This document shows positions 21,358-31,051 of a DNA stretch of 64,000 nt, piece after piece. Source of the stretch: a virus (Duplodnaviria; Caudoviricetes). A model generated the notes under the pieces. That model searched no databases, was not told the DNA's origin, and was given only the letters and a program-made list of their open reading frames with translations. Numbering within the stretch: the stretch's first letter is position 1; each line of letters opens with the position of its first letter. The position numbers and the translations under genes are program-made. The stretch lies in IMG/VR virus record IMGVR_UViG_3300035208_002115, one strand, 5' to 3'.

Positions 21358-22314
21358 TTGTTTATAATGCCAAAGAAAGATGAGAATGAACAAATGGAAT
21401 ACCTTGATGGTTTCTTACAAGATACTGCAAAGGATATAAAAGAAATTAAGGACACTATTAAACAGCAACCAATTTCTAATTCCACATTAAATTTTATTAA
21501 TGTTCCTATTGATATTTTACCAGCAGGTTCATTTTATAAAAAAGGAACTCAAATTAAGATACGTTCAGCAAACGTTTCTGAGGTTCAGGCATATAGTGTG
21601 GTCGATGAAAAAAACTACATTGATATAACTGAAAAAATGAACGAAATGTTATCAGCTTGTGTTAGATATATACATGCTAATGGCACAATTGGGTCATATA
21701 AAAATATAAAAGATGGTGATAGAATATTTTTAATCTTTATGATTAAAGAATTAACATTTCAAAGAGGCAACACACTGGCGAAAGACCATGTATGTGAACA
21801 CTGTAAACACGAATTTAAAATTTCATTTCGTGCCACTCCGAGTGATGCTATGCCAAGAACATTTGTTAATTTCGAAAGACCGAAAGATATAGAAAAGTTT
21901 TATGATTCTAATGAAAAATGTTATGTATTAAATATTAATAACAGCCAGTGGAAAATTGCACCGCCAACTATTGGTATACAAGAGATATTTTATAATAACA
22001 TAAAAACAAAAGTTGGTGACCAGAAAACACCGAATATTTCTCTTTTAAAAATTCTACCATATCTATTATATGATAGAGATAAAATTACCGATGAGGGAAT
22101 AGAAGCTAAAGAAAAAGAATTTAAATCTATGGATATGGAAACATTCCAAATTTTAAATCAATTTGTAGATAAAATGAAATTCGGTATTGAAAAACTAAAA
22201 ACGGTATGTCCAAATTGTAGCCAAGAGGTCTACGCACCGATGAACTTTCAAAGGTACGGAGCTGCGAGTCTTTTCGTTATTCCAGATTTCCTTGATGACT
22301 TTATTGCGAAATAA
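21358..22314 (+). CDS. baseplate hub / tail assembly protein (T4 gp26-like)
   Basis: LPAGSFY, IKIRSA, DRIFLIFMIKELTF, two CxxC motifs (CEHC, CPNC), PPTIG; likely start is ATG 21367. Confidence 0.75.
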   Translation: MFIMPKKDENEQMEYLDGFLQDTAKDIKEIKDTIKQQPISNSTLNFINVPIDILPAGSFYKKGTQIKIRSANVSEVQAYSVVDEKNYIDITEKMNEMLSACVRYIHANGTIGSYKNIKDGDRIFLIFMIKELTFQRGNTLAKDHVCEHCKHEFKISFRATPSDAMPRTFVNFERPKDIEKFYDSNEKCYVLNINNSQWKIAPPTIGIQEIFYNNIKTKVGDQKTPNISLLKILPYLLYDRDKITDEGIEAKEKEFKSMDMETFQILNQFVDKMKFGIEKLKTVCPNCSQEVYAPMNFQRYGAASLFVIPDFLDDFIAK

Positions 22315-22534
22315 GTTTGAGTTCATGGTTCAGACCCATCAACCAACAACAGTAATAGACACTTGGTCATATTGGGAATATGAAGAATATGTCAAATTAT
22401 AAAATGAAAAGAATAAAAAAGAAGAAGAAGATTATAAAAAACAGAATGAAGATGCTGATAGAATGAAACAATCAAGTAGTATTGGCAACTTCTCGATTCC
22501 AAAAATGCCCAATTTTAATTATCCTAAATTTTAA
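22295..22534 (+). pseudogene. gp51-like hub-assembly ORF interrupted by an in-frame TAA
   Basis: Manual translation MTLLRNKFEFMVQTHQPTTVIDTWSYWEYEEYVKL*NEKNKKEEE...PKMPNFNYPKF*, with TAA at 22400-22402; overlaps the hub gene end in the +1 frame. Confidence 0.6.
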
Positions 22535-22558
22535 AACCACCTTATGGTGGTTTTTTTA
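22533..22558 (+). terminator. intrinsic terminator
   Basis: AAAACCACC-TTAT-GGTGGTTTTTTT. Confidence 0.85.
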
Positions 22559-22566
22559 TAGCTAAA

Positions 22567-22643
22567 AGTGCCATATATGATACTTTTTTTTATTTAAAAC
22601 CCATACTTATATAATATCATATGATAGTATCATATATGGCACT
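22567..22643. repeat. perfect 18-bp inverted repeat with a 41-bp spacer
   Basis: AGTGCCATATATGATACT (22567-22584) / AGTATCATATATGGCACT (22626-22643). Confidence 0.9.
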
Positions 22644-22725
22644 ATTCTTTATGATTATATTCTGTTCCTTTTTTAATTTTTAAACCTTTCATTTTTTAAT
22701 ATATAAAGAAAAATATTATGAATCA

Positions 22726-23583
22726 ATGTTAAATAAAGAAATACATTTTTATGATTTAGATAATACCCTGTGGAATATTATTGGTAAGGTGTGGATTATA
22801 TCAAAAAACAATCCAAACAAACCGCTTCTTAAAATAAGTTTCCTTGAATATTTGAATATTAAAAATAAAATGTATATAAATGATAAAATTGAAATTGAAT
22901 ATAATGATTCAACGTATTGGATACCACAGTCTATGTTAGACCGTATTCAAAAAAGAAAAAATATAGACCCAGATTTATTGGGTATATCTAAACGTGAATT
23001 ATTTGACCCCAATTATATTAAAAAAATCAATTTCAATTTGAAGAATATTCTTCATTTAAAAGATAAAAAGGTAGATATAGGAATTCTGACAGGTAGAATG
23101 AATCAGGAGAATGAACAAGAATATCTTAATTTATTACGTGAAAAACTAAAACAACTTAATTTGAATTTAACTAAAATATATTATGTTGGAGAATTCTTAC
23201 ATAATAGTAGTGATAAACGAGCATTTGAAAAAATGAAAGTATTACTTGAACATTTGATAGGCGTTAAAATCTTAGGTGATAAATTTGTTCCCATAAAACA
23301 AGACTGGTATGAAAACGTTTATTTTTATGATGATGAAGTTCAGAATATATATTCAGCTAATAATATTCAGGAATATTTTGAAAATTACATGAAAAACACT
23401 GATGACGAAACTTTTAAATATATTATAGAAAGAATAAAAAATAATGATTTAACATTAATAACAAATCTAATAAGTGGTAATGAAATGAATATGTTTGAAA
23501 CTAAAAAAATTATTATAACAGAACCTGTAAAATATCCTATAAAAGTTGAAAGTTTAGAAATTAAAAAATTTAAAGAGTTTTAA
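22726..23583 (+). CDS. HAD-superfamily phosphatase-like protein
   Basis: FYDLDNTLW, ILTGR, FYDDEVQNI. Confidence 0.7.
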   Translation: MLNKEIHFYDLDNTLWNIIGKVWIISKNNPNKPLLKISFLEYLNIKNKMYINDKIEIEYNDSTYWIPQSMLDRIQKRKNIDPDLLGISKRELFDPNYIKKINFNLKNILHLKDKKVDIGILTGRMNQENEQEYLNLLREKLKQLNLNLTKIYYVGEFLHNSSDKRAFEKMKVLLEHLIGVKILGDKFVPIKQDWYENVYFYDDEVQNIYSANNIQEYFENYMKNTDDETFKYIIERIKNNDLTLITNLISGNEMNMFETKKIIITEPVKYPIKVESLEIKKFKEF

Positions 23584-24764
23584 TGGCTGGTAGTAGTTCA
23601 TATAGTACTGGTGTTCCAGTTGAAATTTCCCCAACACTAACAATTAAATTTCCAGTGGATAAATTGGTAGATGAATTTGTTGCAAATATGTATGATATAC
23701 CTGTTGATTTTAATAAAGAAAGTAAAACTACTATACAAAAACGTCTTTATGAAGAAAATCATATTCCAACGGTCGATGAACCTGGTATTAGCACACTGAT
23801 AGATGCTTTTATTAGATTAATTATCAAAGCTATCGGTACATTCGCTCAACAAGTATTTACTATAACAGATTTAGTAAAAAGATTAAAATTAGCATTAAAA
23901 AATCCAACAGATAAAAGTAATGCATCTTATATCAGTTCCATACCAAATAAGATAAAAGAACTTATGAAAGAAGCAACCCAAATCTTTTCTGACACTGCAA
24001 ATTGGATTATTAAAAAATTTTTAGGTGCTTTGGGTAAAATTAATATTCCAATACCAGCATTTTCATTTGATATATTAGGATTTGAACTTAAAGTTCCAAA
24101 AATAGATAATAAAGGTTTGATTAAAGCTAAATTTACTATACCAGCCAAAGAAAATAGTGAAATTTCTTCTTTACAGATTCAAATAAAAACCGAAAAACTA
24201 AAAGGCAGTAAAGATAAAACGAAATTAAATGAATTAAACCAAAAATTAGATGCAAAAATACAAAGTAATCCAATAGCTGCTTTTACAGATTCTATAAAAA
24301 AATTAATAATAGGTATTATAAAATTTCCAATAGATTTTTTATTTGGTTTATTTAAACAATTGATTGATACATTAACTGGTATATTATCTTTCGATTTTAG
24401 TGGATTTGATAAATTAATAAAAATGATGAAACCAAGTGTAGATAGTGTAAAAAAACTAATTGTAGGGGTATTAGATACTATTATAACAGGGTTTTCTAAA
24501 CTATATGATAATGTAACCAAAAAATTTGGAAAAGGTAAAAAAGATAAAAAAAAGAAAGAAGATATAAATGAACATTTGAGAAAAAATGGGTTGGGTATAA
24601 TGGGTTGGTCGGATACCGAAGAAAATACTAAAAAATTAAATAAATTGATAGCCTTTTTTAATTTAGCCTCGAATGTTACGGATGCATTCTCTCAATTATT
24701 TTTATCATTAGTCATTGAATTGTTTAATTATGCTTTAGACCCAGTTGGTATAAAAGTCGGATAA
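23583..24764 (+). CDS. hypothetical helical protein, possibly a virion component
   Basis: 393-aa ORF in the late region with amphipathic helices. Confidence 0.6.
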   Translation: MAGSSSYSTGVPVEISPTLTIKFPVDKLVDEFVANMYDIPVDFNKESKTTIQKRLYEENHIPTVDEPGISTLIDAFIRLIIKAIGTFAQQVFTITDLVKRLKLALKNPTDKSNASYISSIPNKIKELMKEATQIFSDTANWIIKKFLGALGKINIPIPAFSFDILGFELKVPKIDNKGLIKAKFTIPAKENSEISSLQIQIKTEKLKGSKDKTKLNELNQKLDAKIQSNPIAAFTDSIKKLIIGIIKFPIDFLFGLFKQLIDTLTGILSFDFSGFDKLIKMMKPSVDSVKKLIVGVLDTIITGFSKLYDNVTKKFGKGKKDKKKKEDINEHLRKNGLGIMGWSDTEENTKKLNKLIAFFNLASNVTDAFSQLFLSLVIELFNYALDPVGIKVG

Positions 24765-24800
24765 TAATAATTTATATATAATTTAAAATAAAAATATAAA

Positions 24801-25742
24801 ATGAAATATCTTAAAACCTTTGAAACTTATAATATTACTACTGATGAAGATATTACAAATGAGGGGTTACTTGGCTCATTGAAAGGTTTCCTTGGAAAGT
24901 TATTTCAGAATATTAATAAGATTTTTACAGAACAGGGTGATAAAGTTATCAAAGAAATAGAGGCTAAAAAGAATCCGAAAGATGTATTCAACACTATGAA
25001 AGGGTTCTTAGATGTAAATAAACAAACATTTACTACCGAAATGAACAATTCTGCCTCACTAAATAAAGTGAGAGATGCTGTTTATTCTAATGTAGTATTA
25101 TTAGATGCATCATTCAAGGCAGCTTCAACTAAATTAAATAACAATAAAGTATCATTCGAACAAATATTTGGTAATGAAACCCCGAAAGAATTTCAAAAAA
25201 TATTTAGTCAAAAAGATGAAAAAAATAAACAGGAAATGGTTGTATCTTTTTCAAATTCAATGGTGGAGAATATGGGGAAGGGCATTGGGATACAAAATTT
25301 TGAAGAATTAAAATTAAATATCGGGGAAGAAGCAAAGCCATCTGGCATGACAGCTACCAGTACAACCACTGAAGCACCAACAACAAATCAACCGAATACA
25401 ACACCCGAACAAAATGTAAATACAAGTTACAAATTTATAAATGAGGCTGCAACAGATGACCAATTAAAAAATATAAAAAAAATAATAATAGACTGGTTTA
25501 ATAACAATGTTTATATGAAGATATATAAAAACTTGGCAGAAATTGAAAAAAATACACCGAACACAGCAACAACATCGTTAGACCAACAAATAAATAATAT
25601 CAAAATAACAAATAATAAAGACGGTGTTAAAAAAATGGTTAATGCTATATTAAACTTTGATGATGATAAAAAACTCGGAGATTTAAGAGATGCAATGGTT
25701 AAACTTGGATATATTAATATGAATGATGTAGGAAAATTCTAA
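24801..25742 (+). CDS. putative internal head protein with capsid-targeting-like N-terminus
   Basis: MKYLKTFETY...NEGLLGSLKGFLGKLF; internal SYKFINEA. Confidence 0.6.
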   Translation: MKYLKTFETYNITTDEDITNEGLLGSLKGFLGKLFQNINKIFTEQGDKVIKEIEAKKNPKDVFNTMKGFLDVNKQTFTTEMNNSASLNKVRDAVYSNVVLLDASFKAASTKLNNNKVSFEQIFGNETPKEFQKIFSQKDEKNKQEMVVSFSNSMVENMGKGIGIQNFEELKLNIGEEAKPSGMTATSTTTEAPTTNQPNTTPEQNVNTSYKFINEAATDDQLKNIKKIIIDWFNNNVYMKIYKNLAEIEKNTPNTATTSLDQQINNIKITNNKDGVKKMVNAILNFDDDKKLGDLRDAMVKLGYINMNDVGKF

Positions 25743-25768
25743 AAAAACCACTGAAATTCAGTGGTTTT
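25742..25768. terminator. bidirectional terminator between convergent genes
   Basis: AAAAAACCACTGAA-ATTCAGTGGTTTT. Confidence 0.8.
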
Positions 25769-25801
25769 CTTTTTTACCCAAAGTTGATTTAATTAGCAGT
25801 A

Positions 25802-26212
25802 TTATTTTATGTTTTTAGGTTTCGTAGTTTTCTTTTGTCCAGTTGGTTTTTTAGCACCTGTTGATTTTTTTGTCGATTTAACTTCTGATACTTTTTTAAT
25901 TACCTTTTTAGTTTCTATAATGGATGCCTGTTTTATTTCATCCAATGTTTTATCGATATAAACCTTTTTTTCCTGTATTTTAATTGTTGGAACGTCCTTA
26001 GTTTCTTGAATAATATCTGAATCTGGTAAGAATAATTCATCATATTTATTTAATTCTTCTTTACTTGGTTCTTCGGATGTTTTCCACTCATCACCTATTT
26101 CGGGTGTAGTCCCATCAACTATTTTTTCATTGTCTTTTTTTCTTTTTAAGTAAACATAAACAAATACACCTAAAATTAAAATAAGTACCCCTATAAATAC
26201 ATATGCTCCCAT
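25802..26212 (-). CDS. N-terminally anchored membrane protein with Lys-rich tail
   Basis: TM helix then KRKK; KKSTGAKKPTGQKK tail. Confidence 0.65.
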   Translation of the reverse strand: MGAYVFIGVLILILGVFVYVYLKRKKDNEKIVDGTTPEIGDEWKTSEEPSKEELNKYDELFLPDSDIIQETKDVPTIKIQEKKVYIDKTLDEIKQASIIETKKVIKKVSEVKSTKKSTGAKKPTGQKKTTKPKNIK

Positions 26213-26279
26213 TTTTTCAACTTTATTTTTTATAATATAGAACTATATATTTAAAAAGTTTGGTTCTGTTTAATATTTT

Positions 26280-26753
26280 TCAACAATTATATAATGATTC
26301 AATTTTTTCTTGTCTTTGTATTTTTAATAATATAGAATTAACATATTTTCTAAAATCACCAGTGATGTTACCATTATATCTATCTTTTTGTATAGAAACC
26401 GCATAAATGTCGAATATGTTCCCAGATTCGAAATGAAGATGTAAAGTCAAGTCACTTCTTACTTCATATTTCCTACTAACAGAAAAATCTACAAATTTAC
26501 CATTACCTCTTAAAAATATTGGACATATATACATAAAACTTTCTGGTGTCCAAGAATCAGAATATAATTCATTATTTGTGACTATTTTAGTATCAATTTC
26601 TATTAAACCGAAAATATGTTTCTTTTTCTTAACATTATTTGTAAAATCAGACATTAAATGATTAAAAAATCTTTCTGAATATGGGTGTTCAATATTAATA
26701 TTAATAGCTTTTATTAAAATTCTACTATAATCATTAAAAGGATAATTAATCAT
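26280..26753 (-). CDS. hypothetical protein with C-terminal RxxK motif
   Basis: QRQEKIESLYNC. Confidence 0.65.
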   Translation of the reverse strand: MINYPFNDYSRILIKAININIEHPYSERFFNHLMSDFTNNVKKKKHIFGLIEIDTKIVTNNELYSDSWTPESFMYICPIFLRGNGKFVDFSVSRKYEVRSDLTLHLHFESGNIFDIYAVSIQKDRYNGNITGDFRKYVNSILLKIQRQEKIESLYNC

Positions 26754-27154
26754 ACTAAGTATTTTAATACAATTGTTTGCTTTGGCTTTATTTTATCTTC
26801 GGCTTCTTCTTTTGTAAAAAACCCAAATTTATCCACCTCATCATTTGGGACGATGGACTTATTTATTCTAATATCTTCTGGCCTTATATTAACAATAAAA
26901 TAATAAATATATTTTTTTACATCTTTATTTTTCTTCTTGTAATAAAATATATGCATGTCACTCTCAATATCTTCTGGATTAACGATAACCCCAGTTTCTT
27001 CGTAGGTTTCACGAATAGCTGTTTCCATTATACCGTCTCCTTTCTCAACTGTACCTTTTGGTATTCCCCATGTTTTTTTATTATATTCTCCGTTGGGGTG
27101 TATCAATAATATCTTATTATCGGATATTATAACTAAGCCAGCATTTATTTCCAT
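26750..27154 (-). CDS. NUDIX hydrolase
   Basis: WGIPKGTVEKGDGIMETAIRETYEETGV Nudix box. Confidence 0.92.
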   Translation of the reverse strand: MEINAGLVIISDNKILLIHPNGEYNKKTWGIPKGTVEKGDGIMETAIRETYEETGVIVNPEDIESDMHIFYYKKKNKDVKKYIYYFIVNIRPEDIRINKSIVPNDEVDKFGFFTKEEAEDKIKPKQTIVLKYLV

Positions 27155-27193
27155 AAAGTAATTTTTTGTTATATAAAAATAATAATCTCATTA

Positions 27194-27508
27194 TTAAAAT
27201 TCGCTAACATTAAATAAATTTTTTAATTTTTCGACTCGTTCTATGTTTAAAATTCCACTTTTCATGTTTTCTAAATTCAAATTGCTCGAATTTAAAATAA
27301 AAATATTATTAGTAAAGGAACTATTATCACTAATATATAGTGTCATTTTTTGTGAATCGATGAAAACATATTTTTCTATATTTTTAAAGTAATAAATGTC
27401 ATCAGCACCAATTACAAGACCAATTTTTTGTGCGTTGCTATCTAAGTAATTAATCATTGGTAGATATATACTTAACCAATCTATTCCTTTACTTCCCTTT
27501 ATATACAT
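27194..27508 (-). CDS. hypothetical protein with C-terminal RxxK motif
   Basis: ERVEKLKNLFNV. Confidence 0.65.
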   Translation of the reverse strand: MYIKGSKGIDWLSIYLPMINYLDSNAQKIGLVIGADDIYYFKNIEKYVFIDSQKMTLYISDNSSFTNNIFILNSSNLNLENMKSGILNIERVEKLKNLFNVSEF

Positions 27509-27980
27509 TTAACCATTTATTAAATTCTTTAATTTTATACTTTCTAATAGTATTTTCCAAATCCAATAATAATGATTCTGGAATTACAAGACCAAATTTA
27601 GTAAAGTTTTCTTTAATTTCATCTAAATTAAATAAACATTCCGAAATTCCTTCACTCCACATTTTAACATGAAGACCCCATGATTTCTTCCCTATTATTA
27701 TACCTTTTAGAACGTTCGGGTGTCTGGTTGGTATCCCAGTATTACATAATTCTTCTTTAGAATATTCACCATTATCGAACTTTCTAAAACAAAACTTACC
27801 ATCTTGGCATATTAGATTACCTGATGTTTTTACATCAGACCCACAAAAATCTAAAATACCGTAACGGTAAGATAACAAGAAAAATTGAAAAATTTCATTG
27901 AACTTTTCAGTGTATCTTTTCCTTTTTCTGTCTTTTCTGGATAGGCCACTTACGTGACCATATGTGCTTTTAGCATGTCT
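27489..27980 (-). CDS. hypothetical protein whose frame extends upstream without an in-frame ATG
   Basis: Frame open to ~27980 (RHAKSTYGHVSGLSRKDRKRKRY...); an ATG lies one nt out of frame inside a 10-bp inverted repeat. Confidence 0.5.
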   Translation of the reverse strand, partial: RHAKSTYGHVSGLSRKDRKRKRYTEKFNEIFQFFLLSYRYGILDFCGSDVKTSGNLICQDGKFCFRKFDNGEYSKEELCNTGIPTRHPNVLKGIIIGKKSWGLHVKMWSEGISECLFNLDEIKENFTKFGLVIPESLLLDLENTIRKYKIKEFNKWLNVYKGK

Positions 27981-28017
27981 TTAATTTTTAATTTTTATAA
28001 GACATGCTGGAAAAATA

Positions 28018-28194
28018 TTAATAATCACGTAAAAATCGTTGTAGAAGTAAAACTTTTTCAAATTCATCATTATTAATAAAAAAATCTATCATTATTTCGA
28101 TTTCATTCTTATTAAAATTTGAGTATTCTAAATCGAAATTGAAAAATTTCAATTTCTCATACATTTCATAAACATTATCTGATGTAATTTCCAT
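28018..28194 (-). CDS. small hypothetical protein (not in ORF track)
   Basis: Manual translation MEITSDNVYEMYEKLKFFNFD...FFINNDEFEKVLLLQRFLRDY*. Confidence 0.55.
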   Translation of the reverse strand: MEITSDNVYEMYEKLKFFNFDLEYSNFNKNEIEIMIDFFINNDEFEKVLLLQRFLRDY

Positions 28195-28198
28195 AATA

Positions 28199-28786
28199 TT
28201 AAATGTAACTTTTCATTTCTTTTTTTAGGTTTTCTACATGTGTTTCTTTAAATCTGAAATACATAGCTTTACATGATTCCAAATTAATATTAAACATATC
28301 AGATATCTCTACATATTTAACCCCCATTAAACGAGCCATTACTACATAATACATATTATCATTTTTAATATACTTTCTTAAATTCTTTTTGAGATATTTT
28401 AATTTATTCCGAAATTCACGATTTTCCAGTATTTCAAGTGGGTTTAAGCTTTCATCATCAATTCCTAATTCTTCACGTTCCTCAACTGTATCTTTATTAT
28501 CATCATATTTACCGCCTTCTTTATATAAAGAAACAGAATACATTTTATTTTCTACACTATTTTTTCGTTTCTTATCTATAAAAATGTTGTGCATAATAGA
28601 TAACATCCAAAATTTCATTTCTGATTTTTCGAATTTAAAAAATTCTTTTTTATCTATTGATTTTAAATATGTTTCTTGAACTAAATCTTCATATTCTGTA
28701 ACATTATAGTTACAAAGTTTTTTCGCATAACCCAGCAGTGATTTATGTAAATCTTTCGACTGAATTTCTATAAAAAATTTTTCCAC
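28199..28786 (-). CDS. ECF-type RNA polymerase sigma factor
   Basis: LLGYAKKLC..EYEDLVQETYLK, KFWMLSIMHNIFIDKKRK, GVKYVEISDMFNI. Confidence 0.85.
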   Translation of the reverse strand: MEKFFIEIQSKDLHKSLLGYAKKLCNYNVTEYEDLVQETYLKSIDKKEFFKFEKSEMKFWMLSIMHNIFIDKKRKNSVENKMYSVSLYKEGGKYDDNKDTVEEREELGIDDESLNPLEILENREFRNKLKYLKKNLRKYIKNDNMYYVVMARLMGVKYVEISDMFNINLESCKAMYFRFKETHVENLKKEMKSYI

Positions 28787-28854
28787 TCATTTATCATTAT
28801 TTTTTACCGAGAACGGTACTCATATATAATACCAAAACCTTGAAAAGTTTGAAT

Positions 28855-29634
28855 TTAATTGAGTTTTTTTATATCTTCAACCATAATTTTTTTCCAATAG
28901 TTGAAATCTAATTTTTCGTAATTCCATTCTCTTGTATTAAAATCTTCTAACGTTCTATTTAAAAAACCTTCGGTTATATCTGACCATTTATCAATTTGTA
29001 AAATAGGTAAATCATTAAAATTTTTATATATTTCACTTCTTATAACAATCGGTATAACTCCAGAATATAATGATTCCCATGTTCTAAAAGAATCTTCGGA
29101 TATACCTCTTGGTGATAAATTAAAATAATGATGCTTCATTAAGATTAAATAAAATTCTAACTGTATGGTACAATCTTGATGTGAAACCCAATTCTTATCG
29201 ATAAATAAATTTCTTATTCTTTCACGGATTGGGTGTGTTCTACCCATAGCCATAAGCATCAACTTTTGTTTTTTTATATTTTCATCAGATAAGATATCCT
29301 GAATCATATCTTTGACATTATTAAATACCATAGAATTCCACCCCAGTGGTAGATTTACAATTTTATTTAAATTTAAATTGGCATATACACTATACCACCG
29401 TATTAAATTTTCAGGTAACTTATAGCCTATTTTTTGTATAATAGATAAAAGGTTACCATCTACCCCAGTGGTTAAAATTATAAATTTATAATTCGGTGGA
29501 TTTTTTAATAAATGAATAATTTCCGATTCTTGTGTAAAATTAAAATGAAAAATACGTTCATGTAAATCCTTTAATTCTTTATATTTTTCATAATGTATAA
29601 ATGAATCAATCGGTATATTATGCTTCATAAACAT
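28855..29634 (-). CDS. exostosin/GT47-like glycosyltransferase
   Basis: NLPLGW, HPIRE, FNLSPRGISEDSFRTWESLYSGVIPIV, LPILQIDKWSDI. Confidence 0.7.
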   Translation of the reverse strand: MFMKHNIPIDSFIHYEKYKELKDLHERIFHFNFTQESEIIHLLKNPPNYKFIILTTGVDGNLLSIIQKIGYKLPENLIRWYSVYANLNLNKIVNLPLGWNSMVFNNVKDMIQDILSDENIKKQKLMLMAMGRTHPIRERIRNLFIDKNWVSHQDCTIQLEFYLILMKHHYFNLSPRGISEDSFRTWESLYSGVIPIVIRSEIYKNFNDLPILQIDKWSDITEGFLNRTLEDFNTREWNYEKLDFNYWKKIMVEDIKKLN

Positions 29635-29637
29635 CTT

Positions 29638-30000
29638 TTATTTTTTAGAACGCCATGAGATATGATATATCCCCATTTGTTCTTCAAGCTCTTGAATCGT
29701 CCTCTTTACAACATGACTTAATAACAATTCATCTGGTGTATAATTAGACAATTGTTCAAGATATTTTATATTTAAACGTTCCAGTGACTGATGACACCTA
29801 ATTGAAATATCTATATCATCAATATTTATAACACCATTCTTTGTTTTTTCATCAACATAATCCTTCACCCATACATCAAAAATAGGACAATCTTTTTCGA
29901 GGTCTTGTCCAGTGACTTCATATTGTCCCCTTCTATTTCCAGCTTTAAAACATTCTTCCATATCTTCTATGGTGTATTTATACGGTTCTTTTTTAATCAT
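29638..30000 (-). CDS. protein with RNA polymerase alpha C-terminal domain-like fold
   Basis: INIDDIDISIRCHQSLERLNIKYLEQLSNYTPDELL...KRTIQELEEQM aligns with the alpha-CTD consensus IDELELSVRS.NCL...I..I.DL...TE.ELL...K.SL.EI. Confidence 0.7.
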   Translation of the reverse strand: MIKKEPYKYTIEDMEECFKAGNRRGQYEVTGQDLEKDCPIFDVWVKDYVDEKTKNGVINIDDIDISIRCHQSLERLNIKYLEQLSNYTPDELLLSHVVKRTIQELEEQMGIYHISWRSKK

Positions 30001-30230
30001 ATCTGTTCAGATTTATATAATTTTTCAGCTATTTCTTTAGCACTATATAATGTTTTGGCTTTCTCAATCCATACTCTATGGATAGACATTAATTGTTCAA
30101 TACGTTGGTCTAATATACCAGTCTTTGCATAATTGGTATCTTTATATACCTTTTTCAATTCTGATATTATTTCTTCATCAAAAGCTATACTTTTTTGATT
30201 TTCTTTGTTGAATTCACTATAAGTTTCCAT
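29997..30230 (-). CDS. hypothetical protein
   Basis: 77-aa ORF. Confidence 0.55.
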   Translation of the reverse strand: METYSEFNKENQKSIAFDEEIISELKKVYKDTNYAKTGILDQRIEQLMSIHRVWIEKAKTLYSAKEIAEKLYKSEQI

Positions 30231-30251
30231 ATAAAAATTTATTTTTTAATT

Positions 30252-30324
30252 TGTACTTCGATAGGTTTCGAACCTGTGACCCTCATATTAAATTTGATGC
30301 ACTATTCAATTAATCTACGGGAGC
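30252..30324 (-). pseudogene. degenerate tRNA gene (possibly derived from Lys-UUU)
   Basis: GCTCCCG-TA-GATTAATTGAATAGTGC-A-TCAAA-TTTAA-TATGA-GGGTC-ACAGG-TTCGAAA-CCTAT; acceptor and D stems broken, anticodon loop 2 nt short. Confidence 0.65.
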
Positions 30325-30334
30325 ATGAAAATAA

Positions 30335-31040
30335 CTAAAAAAATTGGCTTTCAAAAATCTCTTTTAATTTTTCAGACCTACTGAGAGTACTATTTATATA
30401 TATTTCTAATAAAATTTTATAAATAGTTCGCTTTATTCTAATTCCAAATTTAAAATTTTTACCTCGTTCTAACCCACCGAACCCGAAATCACCAGAACGA
30501 CCACACACTCTCAATTTATTATGTTTTTGTTTATTACCAACCCAATATATTGGTTTTAAATAAATATTAACAGACAGCATAAAATCATTATATACTATAT
30601 TAGTATTTAAATTCCTTCTTTCAAGTGATAAAAATGATTCCTGAAGTAGTTTACTACAATCTGCTCTTATTATAAGATTGGCAAATTTTCGAGATATATA
30701 TAATGAACCATTCTTATAGAAAATATCATCATTTTCGAATATTTCATTACTATTAAACTTCAAATTATTTAATCTTTCGACTATCATCTGTTTTAGATAA
30801 AGCTTCTTTTTTAATACTACTTGCACCACCTAACATATCACTCAAAAAAAAATATATATTAGGTATTTTTTTTTCAATTTCTTTTACAGCATCATTTATT
30901 GATGAAAATTCATTTAAGAATGGAATCTCACTCGATTGTGGTTTATTACGTATTTGAGACCATTCAACGACTTTATTGCATAATATTTCTTGTTTTATTC
31001 TAAGATTCCTATGTAATATTATTGTCTTTATAATATTCAT
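30335..31040 (-). CDS. two hypothetical proteins (30335-30829 with C-terminal RxxK motif; 30765-31040)
   Basis: SRSEKLKEIFES in the first ORF. Confidence 0.6.
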
Positions 31041-31051
31041 TTTTATCGATT

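Noticed and set aside
30252-30324. Ochre suppressor tRNA (loop can be read as anticodon UUA) explaining the TAA at 22400
   Set aside because: Acceptor and D stems are broken and the anticodon stem is weak; TAA is the main stop codon throughout, so a functional suppressor is implausible.
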